A model generated the notes under the pieces. It was given only the letters and a program-made list of their open reading frames with translations. It was not told where the DNA came from and did no database searches. Below, in pieces: positions 25,307 to 37,700 of a DNA stretch of 64,000 bases. This DNA comes from Octopus vulgaris (Eukaryota): assembly GCA_951406725.2 (NCBI GenBank), contig OX597827.1, positions 71,920,001 through 71,984,000 on the forward strand, written 5' to 3'. The position numbers and the translations under genes were made by a program. The stretch's first letter is position 1, and each line of letters begins with the position of its first letter.

Positions 25307-26797
25307 GTGTGCTGAAAGTGTAACAGCTAGAGTAAGAATAGCCTGGGCAAAGTTTAGGGAGCTCTTACCTCTGTTGGTGACTAAAGGCCTCTCGCTCAGA
25401 GTAAAAGGCAGACTGTATGATGCATGTGTACGAACAGCCATGCTACATGGCAGTGAAACATGGGCCGTGACTGCTGAGGACATGCGTAAGCTCGCGAGAA
25501 ATGAAGCTAGTATGCTCCGTTGGATGTGTAATGTCAGTGTTCATAGTCGACAGAGTGTAAGTACCTTGAGAGAAAAGTTGGACCTAAGAGGAATCAGATG
25601 TTGTGTGCAAGAGAGACGATTGCGCTGGTATGGTCATGTGGTGAGAATGGATGAAGATAGGTGTGTGAAAAAGTGCCACACCCTGGCAGTTGAGGGGACC
25701 TGTGGAAGAGGTAGACCCAGGAAAACCTGGGTCGAGGTGGTGAAGCACGACCTTCGAACTCTAGGTCTCACTAAGGAAATGACCAGAGACCGAGACCTAT
25801 GGAAGTATGCTGTGCGTGAGAAGACCCGGCAAGACCAGTGAGAACAATCAAAATCAAATCATATATCAGAAAGCAGGGGTTAAGTGACCCATCTGTTCGT
25901 GTTCGTTGCCAACCTCGCCTGGCCCCGTGCCGGTGACACGTAAAAGCACCGTCCGTTCGTGGCCGTTGGCCAGCTCTGTCTGGTCCCGTGTCGGTGGCAC
26001 GTAAAAGCACCATCCGTCCGTGTCCGTTGCCAGCCTCGGCTGGCCCCCGTGCCGGTGACACGTAAAAGCACCGTCTGCTCGTGGCCGTTTGCCAGCTCTG
26101 TCTGGCAACCGTGTCGGTGGCACGTAAAAGCACCATCCGTTCGTGGCCGTTCGCCAGCTCTGTCTGGCCCCGTGCCGGTGGCACGTAAAAGCACCGTCCG
26201 TTCGTGGCCGTTTGCCAGCTCTGTCTGGCCCCGTGTCGGTGGCACGTAAAAGCACCATCCGTCCGTGTCCGTTGCCAGCCTCGGCTGGCCCCCGTGCCGG
26301 TGACACGTAAAAGCACCGTCCGCTCGTGGCCGTTTGCCAGCTCTGTCTGGCCCCGTGTCGGTGGCACGTAAAAGCACCATCCGTTCGCGTCCGTTGCCAG
26401 CCTCGGCTGGCCCCCGTGCCGGTGACACGTAAAAGCACCGTCCGTTCGTGGCCGCTTGCCAGCCCTGTCTGGCCCCGTGTCGGTGGCACGTAAAAGCACC
26501 ATCCGTTCGTGTCCGTTGCCAGCATCGCCTGGCCCCGTGCCGGTGACACGTAAAAGCACCATCCGTTCGTGGCCGTTCGCCAGCTCTGTCTGGCACCTGT
26601 GCAGGTGGCACGTAAAAAACACCCACTACACTCGCGGAGTGGTTGGCGTTAGGAAGGGCATCCAGCCGTAGAAACACTGCCAGATCTGACTGGGCCTGAC
26701 GAAGCCTTCCAGCTTCACAGACCCCAGTTGACCCATCCAACCCATGCTAGCATGGAAAACGGACGCTAAACGATGATGATGATGATGATGATGATGA
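25305..26797 (+). mobile_element. 5'-truncated RTE-clade LINE: RT C-terminus, 3' UTR with tandem array, (GAT)n tail
   Basis: ORF 25374-25841 with LY...VR..MLHGSETW, ERRLRWYGHV.RM and GRGRPRKTW motifs; flanked by (TA)n; ends acggacgctaaac(gat)n. Confidence 0.88.
25890..26620 (+). repeat. Tandem array of 12 units of ~61 bp inside the RTE 3' UTR
   Basis: cacgtaaaa recurs at 25937, 25998, 26059, 26121, 26182, 26243, 26304, 26365, 26426, 26487, 26547 and 26609. Confidence 0.92.
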
Positions 26798-27008
26798 TAT
26801 ATATATATATCCCTCTCTCTCTCTCTTCGGAGAGGCACTGAGCAGCTATACGCACACATACACACACGGCAGTAACTTCCACCTACCGAATTCAATCACA
26901 AAGCTCCGGTCAGCTCGGGGCTATAGTGGAAGACACCTACCCAAAGTGCCACACAGTGGGACTGAACCTGAAACCATGTAGCTAAGAAGCAAGCTCCCTA
27001 ACCACACA

Positions 27009-27070
<62 letters not shown>

Positions 27071-27146
27071 GTGTATGATGATGTATATATATTAAAGATT
27101 TATAAGTCAATATTGTGTCATACTTTTCATATTAGAGCATGATTTA

Positions 27147-27177
<31 letters not shown>

Positions 27178-27472
27178 AATAGAGGTCACAAAAGTGAGAG
27201 GGTGCTGGCCAGCACCGCTTATGCTAAAATAAGAGTTAATGTTATTTTAGTGTAAGTGGTGCAGGCCAGTATCCTCCGTCACTTTTGTAACCTCTATTAA
27301 TTTTGCCTTTAGGTTCTAATTGCTAATAAGCCATACTCTTTAATTTGTTATATATATATATATATTCCAGGGTTTAGTGAATAATACCAATGCTTTCTTT
27401 GAAACATATGCTGGAAGTATAAAGATTTGAATAACACCTGTGTTTAACTCCATTTCTTAATTTATATATATA

Positions 27473-27858
27473 CTAGCAGTATCGCCCGGCGTTGCTCGGG
27501 TTTGTAAGGGAAATAACTATATAAGCATTTTTAGAGAGTTATGTCCAAAAGATAGCAAAAAAATGCATTAAAAATGGGAAAAAAATTATGGTAAATTTTT
27601 TTTTAAATCGTTGACTCATCGTAGACATTTTTAGAGAGTTACTTCCCTTATATAATAGCGAAAAAATGCATTAAAATGGAAAAAAATTATGGTAAATCGT
27701 AGACTCATCGTAGACGCACGCTAATACCCAGAAGGGCTCAATATGAATCACGACTATAAGATACCCAGTTTTGGTTAAACTGCACCGCAAAATGTGGGAG
27801 TAGTTAGGAATCTAAATTGTAGGAGACAGACACACAACTTCACTTTTATATATAAAGA
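27473..27858 (-). mobile_element. Non-autonomous Helitron (same family)
   Basis: Same TC...cccgagcaacgccggg..CTAG ends, A|T site. Confidence 0.8.
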
Positions 27859-28709
27859 TATATAATATACAATGGGCTTCCATACAGTTTCCCTGTACCA
27901 AATTCACTCTTAAAGCATTGGTCGTCTCATTGCTGTAGTAGAATATACTTACCCAAAGTGCCAAGCAGTGGAATTGAACCTGAAACCACGTTTCCAAAAC
28001 TAGCTTCTTCACCACACGACTACGAGTATAGTATGCTTAGTACAATACACTTGTGAGTATTTCTGGTTAGATTATTAACCCATTAGCATTTAAACTGGCC
28101 ATAACAGTCTCAAATAGTCTGCCTGTTTTATGTTCGAACCAATCAGATCTGACCTCTCAGGCCTACCCTACAATGTCAATCTAAAAACAAACGAAATCAC
28201 ATCATCGAAATCTTGAAGCTGAGATGATGCATTTTTTTATTTATTTTATGCACCCTTTTCAAGCCTAGCCAGGCTCATGGGCCCGGTTTCCTGGTCTCTG
28301 TGGTGTATGTGTCCCCCCCCCCCCACCAGCTGGATGGGACGCCAGTCCATCGCAGCGTTACTCAAGCAATAGGAAGAAAGAGTGAGAGAAAGTTGGAGTG
28401 AAAGAGTACAACAGGGGTCGCCACCAACCCCTACCGGAGCCTTGTGGAGCTTTAGATGTTTTCACTCAATAAACACACACAACGCCCGGTCTGGGAATCG
28501 AAACCACGATCCTCTGACTGCGAGTCCGCTGCCCTAACCACTGGGCCATTGCACCTTCACGAGATGATGATGGTTAATTTTTTAAGAATGTGAATAAATA
28601 AGCATTACATTTGATGAAGTAATCTGAATGCTAAAGGGCTGAATGTGCTACTACCCAGAGATGTTAGTCCTTCACGTAGTGAATCAGGTAGCAGAGGGAG
28701 TTGTTATCC

Positions 28710-29119
28710 CAGGGACGTGCTGCCTAGGTAGGTTAGGTAGGCAGTGCCTACCTTGAATAAAATAGATCGATAGCAACATTTTCCTTTTATGGCAAGATAT
28801 GCATCTAATTCAGTAAAATTATGAAGGTTACTCTGATTACTTTGCATAAAATGCAAAATATTTATTTTCTTTTTTGTAGATTAGGTAGACATAATTTGCC
28901 TCTGCTTTTCAATCTCAGTATTTAGGCTACACATAGTACTGCTGTAGTACACATGCTGCGTACACTCATACAACACCGTTTTCTTTACGTGTTATAAAGG
29001 CAGAAGTAAATCTGCCTTCAACTCAGTTGCACGCCTGTGTTTTGATTATTTTTTGTGTGTTTTACTGTATAAAGTTCACCAACTGCCTACCCTGAGTAAT
29101 TATTGATGGCACGTGCCTG
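28710..29119. mobile_element. hAT-type MITE
   Basis: TIRs cagggacgtgc / gcacgtgcctg, 8-bp TSD tgttatcc. Confidence 0.75.
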
Positions 29120-29895
29120 TGTTATCCCAGAAACGGCATCGCCTGCTACAAGGGCAAAGGGTATGCTTTAGAAAGAAGCAACTTGAGGCATGAGATCTGA
29201 CTGATGGACCAAACAGCAAAGTTAATTACAAAGAGAATTAGCATTGATGAGATGCAGTTAAATTTACTGAAATGCAGTATAATGTAAATGCCTTGAGGAG
29301 CTTAAATTAGCTGATAACCAAGCCAACAAGGAAGCTTCTATGGGTTCCCTAAGATGCTGAATAGACCTGAGAGAGAGTGGGGGAGGAGAGAGAAAGTGAG
29401 AGAGAGTGGGAGGGAAGGAGAATGGGGGGAAGACAACAAATATATGATCTAAAGAAAAGGGATGCTACTATGGCATGAATGAATGAATGACTGAACGAAA
29501 GAATCAATGAATGAATGAATAAGGATCTGTAGTTCACAGGAATTTAGTGAATGGAGAGAGATGCAAGGGAAATTTTGAATCACATGTGTAAATCTGTTGG
29601 AAATCTAGGAAGGTGAGAAACCCAACTAGATACAGTGAAATAGATAGAGAGAGACCATCCATCTCTGCTAAATCATCCCTTAATATTTAATAAGATTATG
29701 AGTCACCTCAGCCATTCTGCTGATTGGCAAAGATTCATTCACCAATAGGCTTTAATCACAAGCAAAGCAGACGTGTTACAGTGTTTCTTCTCTTTCTCTC
29801 CCTCTCTCTCTCTCCTTTTTTCTATCTCTCCATATCTCTCTTTTACTCTCTGTCTCAGTTTATCTCTCTATCTCTCTACCCATCTATCAACCTAT

Positions 29896-29942
<47 letters not shown>

Positions 29943-29949
29943 GTGTGTG

Positions 29950-29993
<44 letters not shown>

Positions 29994-30120
29994 CATACAA
30001 ATCCATGCTAGCATGGACAATAGACATTAAACGATGATGATGATGATGATGATGACAACGACAACGACAACAACAATGAACATATATAATGTACGTTATT
30101 TTTTTACAAGAATAGTGCTG

Positions 30121-30164
30121 ATAGTGACTTCAAAGTTTCGGCCTGCTAGCCTTCATCGGACTAC
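30121..30164 (-). ncRNA. Minimal hammerhead motif with U4C core change
   Basis: Minus strand gtagt-CCGATGA-aggc tagcag gcc-GAAA-ctttgaag-TC-actat. Confidence 0.55.
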
Positions 30165-30175
30165 ATATATATATA

Positions 30176-30220
<45 letters not shown>

Positions 30221-32269
30221 AGGCACATGGCCTAGTGGTTAGAGCAGCGGACTCGCAGTCGAGGGATCATGGGTTCAAATCTAAGACCAGGCAATGTGTG
30301 TGTTTATGAGTAAAAACGCCTAAGTTCCACACGGCTCCAGCAAAAGGTAAAAGGCGAACGTCTGCTGACTCTTTCGCCACAACTTTCTCTCACTCTTTCC
30401 TCCTGCATCCTGCGATGGACTGGCGTCCCATCCAGGTGGGGAACCTATATGCCAAGAAAACTAGGAAACTGGCCCAACTACACTAAGAAACTCAGCCAAG
30501 ATGCCATGCAGTGGGATTGAACCAGCAGACTACATGTTCGGGAAGCAAGCTTCATAAACACAACCATGCCTGCACCTATAAGCCACACCTAACAACAAAT
30601 ACATCATTGTCGTTTTAACATCTACTTTTCCGGGGCTGCATGGGTCAGACAGAATTTATTGAAGTGAACTTTCTGTGGCTGGATGCTTTTCCTGTCACCA
30701 ACCCCCGTCTGTTTACGAATAAAGTAATATTTCCCCCCCAAGGCCGGACATGTTTTCTTGGAAGATTGGAAATGAGGGTCATTGGTGATGTTTGTTTTAC
30801 AACTATCACAGTAACAAACACAAAGGAGACAGTAACACACACACACGGAGCAAGGGTTAACAGGTCTAATCTTTGCAATCAGTAAACAAAAACTCCCTCC
30901 TCTGGGGTAGTGGGGTTCAAAATCTAGAATCTTTTGCTTGTTTCAGTCATTAGGCAGTATTGGTACCTAATTGCAATCTTTGTGCACTGCTTGTGTATGT
31001 GTCTCTGTGTGTGTGCATGTGTATGTGTGTCTGTGTGTGCATGCACGTGCTTGTGTACATGCATATACATGTGTGTGCATGTGTATATGTCTGTGTGCGT
31101 GCATGTGTGTGAGTTCACGTGTGTGTGCATGTATTTGCATGTGCATGTGCGTCTGTGTGTACCTGTGCATGTGTGTGTGTGTGCATGTGTGTATGTGTCA
31201 TGTGTGTATGTGTCAGTGTATGCTGTGTGTGTGTGTGTCAGTGTGTGTGTGTGTGTGTGTGTGTGTTGTGACAACCAGTATTGGTGTATTTACTCCCCCA
31301 CAACTTAGCAGTTCGGCAAAAGAGACCAATAGAATAAGCACCAAGCTTACAAAAAAACATTATAAGTACTAGGGTAAATTTGTTTGACTCAAAATTATTC
31401 AAGGTGGTGCCCCAGCATGACCGCAGTCTAATGACTGAAACAAAATATATTTTTTAAAAATGTTGAGGTTTGAAATAGTCACAATAAACCATAGGAATGG
31501 TTAAGCGTTTTTTGCAATCACGTGGTTTCCGGTTCAATCCCACTGCACAGCACTTTGGACAAGTGTGTTCTACTCTAATCTGCTCAGTGCCTTGCGAGTG
31601 AATTTAGTAGAAAACGGAAACTGTGTGGAAGCCCGTAGTGTATGTACGAATGTGTTTTTTCCCGCCCCATCGTTTGACAACCGGTGCTGCATTGTTTACG
31701 CTCCAGTAACTCAGCACTTCTACATACGAGACCAATGGAATTAGTATTAGACTTGGGAGGAAAAACTGGAAGCGATTCGTTTCACTAAAACCCTTCAAAA
31801 CGGTGTCCCAGCATGGCCACAGTACAATAACAAACAAGTAAAAAGACTAAAGAGAAAAAAGTATAAACTGAACGTCTATATCCAATATGCCTTCTTTTTT
31901 TATAAGGCGATTTGGCTGCTATATCATGTAGATTTACCCCACCAACAGCTAGAATTCCCATGGCTGAGGAAAGTTTGTGTTCACAGCAGTTTTAATGAAA
32001 ATAACAGATAAAGAAGCAAGACAGAAACAGTAATTAGAACATGACAAAAATTTGACTTAGTGATGTACAATGTAAGCATTTATGGGTGACAGGGTGGACG
32101 ATTTCAGTAGAGTAGATGGAGGACTGGATGTCAAGTCACATGTCTACGTCAGTAGGTAGTGACCTGCAGATGACCTAACTTAAATGATCTCTTTGGACAG
32201 TAAAAATAAATATAAATGTAAATAAAATATCAATAAATAAATAAATAAATATATAGAAAGGAAACACAA

Positions 32270-32411
32270 GATAGATAGATAGATATATAGATAGATAGCT
32301 ATATACATACATACATACATACATACATACATACACACATACATACACACATACACACATACATACATACATACATACATACATGCATAAACAGACAGAA
32401 AGACAGACGAC

Positions 32412-32505
<94 letters not shown>
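32270..32505. repeat. (AGAT)n/(CATA)n microsatellites
   Basis: Direct reading. Confidence 0.9.
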
Positions 32506-32506
<1 letters not shown>

Positions 32507-33614
32507 AAAACAGACGACAGATAGAAAGGCAGACGACAGATGGATGGATGGATGGACGGAAAGAGAGACGTTAGATAGATATGCTTCTTTATTAGCCACA
32601 CAGGGCTGAACACAGACGGGACAAATTACAAAGTAGAGCTTTTCTTTTGGGGGGAGAAAAAGAAAAGTGAGGAAGGTTTTCGATCAAAAGGGATCGTATA
32701 GATAGATAGATTCTTAGTTCGTGCACGTCTTTTTAGAAGTACAAAAGTAGCGACTGTAAACTTAAAGACTTAGCCTATGTATGTATGTATGTATGTAATG
32801 TATACATGTAATGTATGCATGTGTGTATGTATGCATGCATGTATGTATACATGTATGTATGTGTATACGTATGTATGTATGCATACATGCATGTATGTAT
32901 GCATGCATGCATGTATGTATGTATATGTTTCGCTTTCTCTTTTTAATTTAGAGTAAATTTCGACGGGTCACCTATTTGGTAGCAACGTTGTGAAGGAAAG
33001 CATGGACCTCTTCACTTTCATCGGCAGATCGAGAAATTAATTTTTTTTTTTTTTGTAACTACACACTTTCAAACTTCTGACACTGGACGAATGTGTCATA
33101 TAAAACATCTCTTGTTTTGTTCATCATCCTTTAAATCTTAAGGTCTAACAGATTTTAATAGCGCTAGACATCCCGATCATTTGTTTTGTGTATGTGTGTT
33201 TGCGTGTGCACGGGTATTCGTATGTACGTATGAATGGCTATTCGCATTGTCCCTCGCGGTAAGATAATTATCGCAGGTCGTCAGTAAATCCTGACGTATT
33301 TCTAAACCCGCCTTCCAGGTCAAGCTCACTTTTTTTTTTTATCTCTCAAAGAATCACACACAAAAGAAGCAGTGAATAGCAACGGGGCGGAAAGAAGCAA
33401 CAACCTCGAACAAATAAATAAATTCAACTATATCCCTTAAGGTGGCTAAGTGGCAGATCTCTTACAATGTAGGGTAATCGGTGTCCATAAGGCCCTTGGT
33501 GTTTCATATAGGATTTTACAGTTAAAATTGATTACAATACACAGAATATTTTAAAAGATTTTCTTGACTGTATGGTAAGTATCTTGCTTACCAACTACAT
33601 GGCTCCGGGTTCAG

Positions 33615-33935
33615 GACTGACGATATACCGTTGAACATATTGAAAACAGACGATACATCGCTGAACATATCGTCAAAGGTCGCCAATTGGTGAGATCCAT
33701 AGGATCGTCCGCCCTCTTGGGTATAAGGACGGACTTATCACGCTTCAGGACGTCGGAAACCTTCCCAGCCAGCAACATGCAGTTACACACGTTGGCGAGG
33801 ATACATGTGTCCATGGACTTAACCTCACGAACGGTGAGGAAGGATTCATCTGTCTCCGACTAATTTTCACCTCCTCCACGGAGAACGGCCGCAAAATAGG
33901 ACTGTTATCCACCTGGGAAGAGGCTGGATATCGGC
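33615..33935 (-). mobile_element. R2/NeSL-like reverse transcriptase internal fragment inside a SINE
   Basis: SVLIPK...DLTNWRPLTICSAMYRLFS motif; SINE head before and SINE body after. Confidence 0.7.
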
Positions 33936-34017
33936 CTTCTACTATAGCCTCGGGTCGAGCAAAGCCTTAAGTAGATTTGGCAGACGGAAACTGAAAGAAA
34001 CCCGTCGTAAATATATA

Positions 34018-34745
34018 CTAGCTGTTGGACCCGGCGTTACTCGTGTTTTCCGTGTTGAAGTTAAACCCACCTCTGACCTTGTATTGAAATCTACGTTCTC
34101 CGTGCCAACTATTACCCATTAAGATGTTATATTTGGTTCGGCAGGGATTTTACCTGGTTAACGCTTTCGACCGTCTGAAATCGCAGTCAAACATTTGGGT
34201 GTACCTCGACCCGTTGAGAGTGATGTTTGTTTATTTCTCTCCCCTTAATGCCACCCTGTGTACACAATTGATCAGCGTGTCCAATCTCAGCAAAATCCGA
34301 AGAAAAGTGTTATGGTCGTGTCATAAAATAGAATCCATATGACCATTTACATAAAAAATTTAAAAGTTACGGCCAAAAATAAAATCCCTATGAGTATTTG
34401 CATGCAAAAAGCCTATCGATTTTATATAACCACTGCTCAAGCGCAATTATCGATTTTTTGTCAACGTCATATACTGACATCAACTCACTGCCATGAGCCT
34501 CGCTCATTCATCGGACAAAAAATGCAAAAGCTGCAGGGAAAATAATATCGTTATGGGAATCTCCATTCAAACGCCCGATTGAACTCACAAAAATCGATGC
34601 CAACTAAGCATTATCGAGTTTTCGAAAAATTCCGGCCTTATTTGAACTTGAGGACATGTGATCTATTTATGTGCCAAAAATCATTAAAATCGGTTGGACG
34701 GTATGGGAGGAGTTAGAGTAACCCCAAACACACAGACAGACACCA
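34018..34745 (-). mobile_element. Second Helitron-like family
   Basis: Left end ctagctgttggacccggcgttactcg resembles the Helitron 3' end; right part shares gggaggagttag..cacacagacagac with the first family. Confidence 0.5.
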
Positions 34746-37700
34746 TTACACATTTATGTATATAGATATATGTATGTATGTGTATATGTTTGTGTATCTG
34801 TGTTTGTCCCTCCTCCATCGCTTGACAACCGATGTTGGTGTGTTTGCGTCCCCGTAACTTAGCGGTTCGGCAAAAGAGACCGATAGAATAAGCACTAGGC
34901 TTACAAAGGATAAGTCCTGGGGTCGATTTGTTCGACTAAAAGGCGGTGCTCCAGCAATGGCCGCAATCACATGACTGAAACAAATAAAAGAATAAAAGAA
35001 ATACAAAAGGGATTTTTTTAAAACACTGAATAGATACGAGGGTCCAGGAGGGTAAAACAGGAATCAATGGGGTCTATAGGCAAAATGTGGCTGAGAACCA
35101 CTGCTATACAAGGGGTGGAGAGAGCATAAATATGAACTGTGATTAAACTCTCCCTTTCGAGGCAGCACCGATGTTACGGTGAAGTCTAACCCTTTATCTG
35201 TCTTGTGTATCACATATGATACCCAGGGCATATTACCCTGGAACTTATTCTTTGTAAGCCTAGTACTTATTCTATCGGTCTATTTTGCCGAACCGCTAAG
35301 TTACGGGGACGTAAACATCTACACATATATGATAGACATTCCCATTTTTTATCAACCGCTACAGTAATTTGGAACTTATGAAAGGAAAGCTTTTATATGA
35401 CTCAAGGCGGATGAAACAAGGGCTAACTAAAAGTCTGAAAAACACGCATGAAAGTTTAGAACAAACTAATGTAAAATCGGTTTAGACAGGTAAAGTCCGG
35501 CGGAACAGACGGAGATTGTCACATTTGTGAAAGGGATGCTGATTGCAGAGAGTTTGGCTATCAGACTCACAACCATGAGGTAGTAAGTTCAGGCTGTGAG
35601 TTGTGTTCTTGAGCAAGACTCTTTATTTCACATTGCTCCAGTTCACTCAGCTGTAGAAATGAGTTGCGACGTCACTTGTACTAAGCTGTGTCGGCTCCTT
35701 TGCCTCTCCCTTGGATAACATTGGTGACATGGAGAAGGGAGGCTGGTATGCATGGGCGACTGCCGATCTTCCACAAACAACCTTGCCAGACTTGTGCCTC
35801 GGAGGGTAACTTGACTGAAGGGGGCCTTTTATTTCTTTCTTTTTTTTTTTACATGAATGTCTTAAGATGGTAGTGTTTGAGGAGATTTGGCTATTTCTAG
35901 TAGGTCAGGTGATGGATTTTTCTGGACATCTTTTCATTCCCCTCCACCACCACCACCACCACCACCACCAAAAACATATAATGAACTTTTCGCTTGTGCT
36001 TACTTCTGCTCACTTCTTCAACTTGTAACGGTAGATTTTATTTTGGTTTTTATCGTTAGCAAATATGAATAAGCTTGTATGCCGAGGGCGTGATATATAA
36101 ATTCTAAACCCTATTTTTACCAACACAGAACAACTAATTTCTTCCCACACTAGTTTATATTTTCTAAATATATATATATCTCACGATATCTACTTATTTA
36201 TGAAGAATTACTATGAATTCTCTCTTTCCAGATTTTCCAGTTTAATCTATTTTTATACTAACTTCTATAACTACAGAGTAATGGGAAAGTAACTCCCTGT
36301 TTTAAAATACTCTTATACTTGTTTCAGTCATTTGACTGTGGCCATGCTGGAGCACCGCTTTTAGTCGAGCAAATCGACACCAGGACTTATTCTTTGTAAG
36401 CCTAGTACTTATTCTATTGGTTTTGGCGGGCGTAAGGCTATCATTTAAGACGTCGAAGGTGCCACGAAATGGGACTGAACCCAGAACCATGTGGTTAGGA
36501 AGGTAAACTTATTGGCACACACCCAAACCTGCGCCTATGGCCAACTCTCATTTGCCTGGACTCAGCCTTTAGATATCTGGCACAGTCTTTCTTTTTCCTT
36601 CGATTTTTTTTTTCTTTTTGCGTATTCTTACCCAATATATACGAGTCAAACATGTCGCAAGATTCACAGACATCAAATGGAGTCGTGCAGTTTCCCGGTG
36701 GCAGCCAAAAGACCACTCGGAAGCAGGAGACGTCTTAACAGCTTCATAGGTCTCCGGACAAAATATGCAATGGACGCTATATATATATCGATAGCAAACC
36801 AGGGCATGCATAGATCTGAATAGGGCCCTTAGACCTGTAAGTACTGGGGTCGACTCATTCGATTAAATATTCTTGAATGCGGTGCCCCAGCATGGCCGCA
36901 GTCAAACAAGCAGACGATAAAAGATCTACTGGGGTCGATTCATTCGACTAAATATTCTTGAATGCGGTGCCCCAGCATGGCCGCAGAAACAAGCAGACGA
37001 TAAAAGATCTAGAACAAGTTTTATTTTATATAAGTCTACTCAATCTGGTTTAATCCGGGATTAAACACCAACAACAAAGAGACTATACATGCGGTAATTC
37101 GACCAGCTAGAAATAGCAGTCATATGTCTCTTAAAGCACACCCTTATCATATTGCAAGGGAGTGACACATTAGAAATGTAATCCATGATGAATTATGTAT
37201 GAAAAAAAAACACAGAATTCGAGGAGGCGAAATCATAGAAAAGGTCAGAGAAAAGGTTAGAGGGAAAAAACAGCCAATGGAAAACTTTCATAAATAGCAA
37301 ATACAATTTTTTGGTTTCTTGTTTCCAAGCTTTATTTATAGTGTTGAATAAAACGTGATTTTGTTCCAGGATCTTTTCGGTTTGACCGGCAGTTTTTTAA
37401 AATAATTTCCACGTAACTAAACACTTTTAAACTTCGTATACTGGTAGAATGTGTTTTATAAAACATCTTTTTCTCTTGGCTTTATTGAGAAAATTCTATA
37501 GTTTGTAAGATATTTGTGTTTTTTTTGGGTTTTTTTCAATTTCTGCAATTTCAACCAATCAATGACGTCTATTGAGGTGAAAAACATTCTGTGCCGTATG
37601 AATATGTCCCTCGTTTAAGAAACAGATTGGGTTTATTTACATTTCTGAAGAAAAAAAGATACCCTCCCCCCACCCCTATCCCTATCCCTAACTAACCCTG

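Noticed and set aside
25890-26620. CRISPR-like array
   Set aside because: Units are fully repeated with no unique spacers, there are no cas genes, and the array lies in a eukaryotic LINE 3' UTR.
25771-26740. Long ORFs (227-286 aa) on the minus strand
   Set aside because: By-products of a GC-rich 61-bp repeat cycling through frames.
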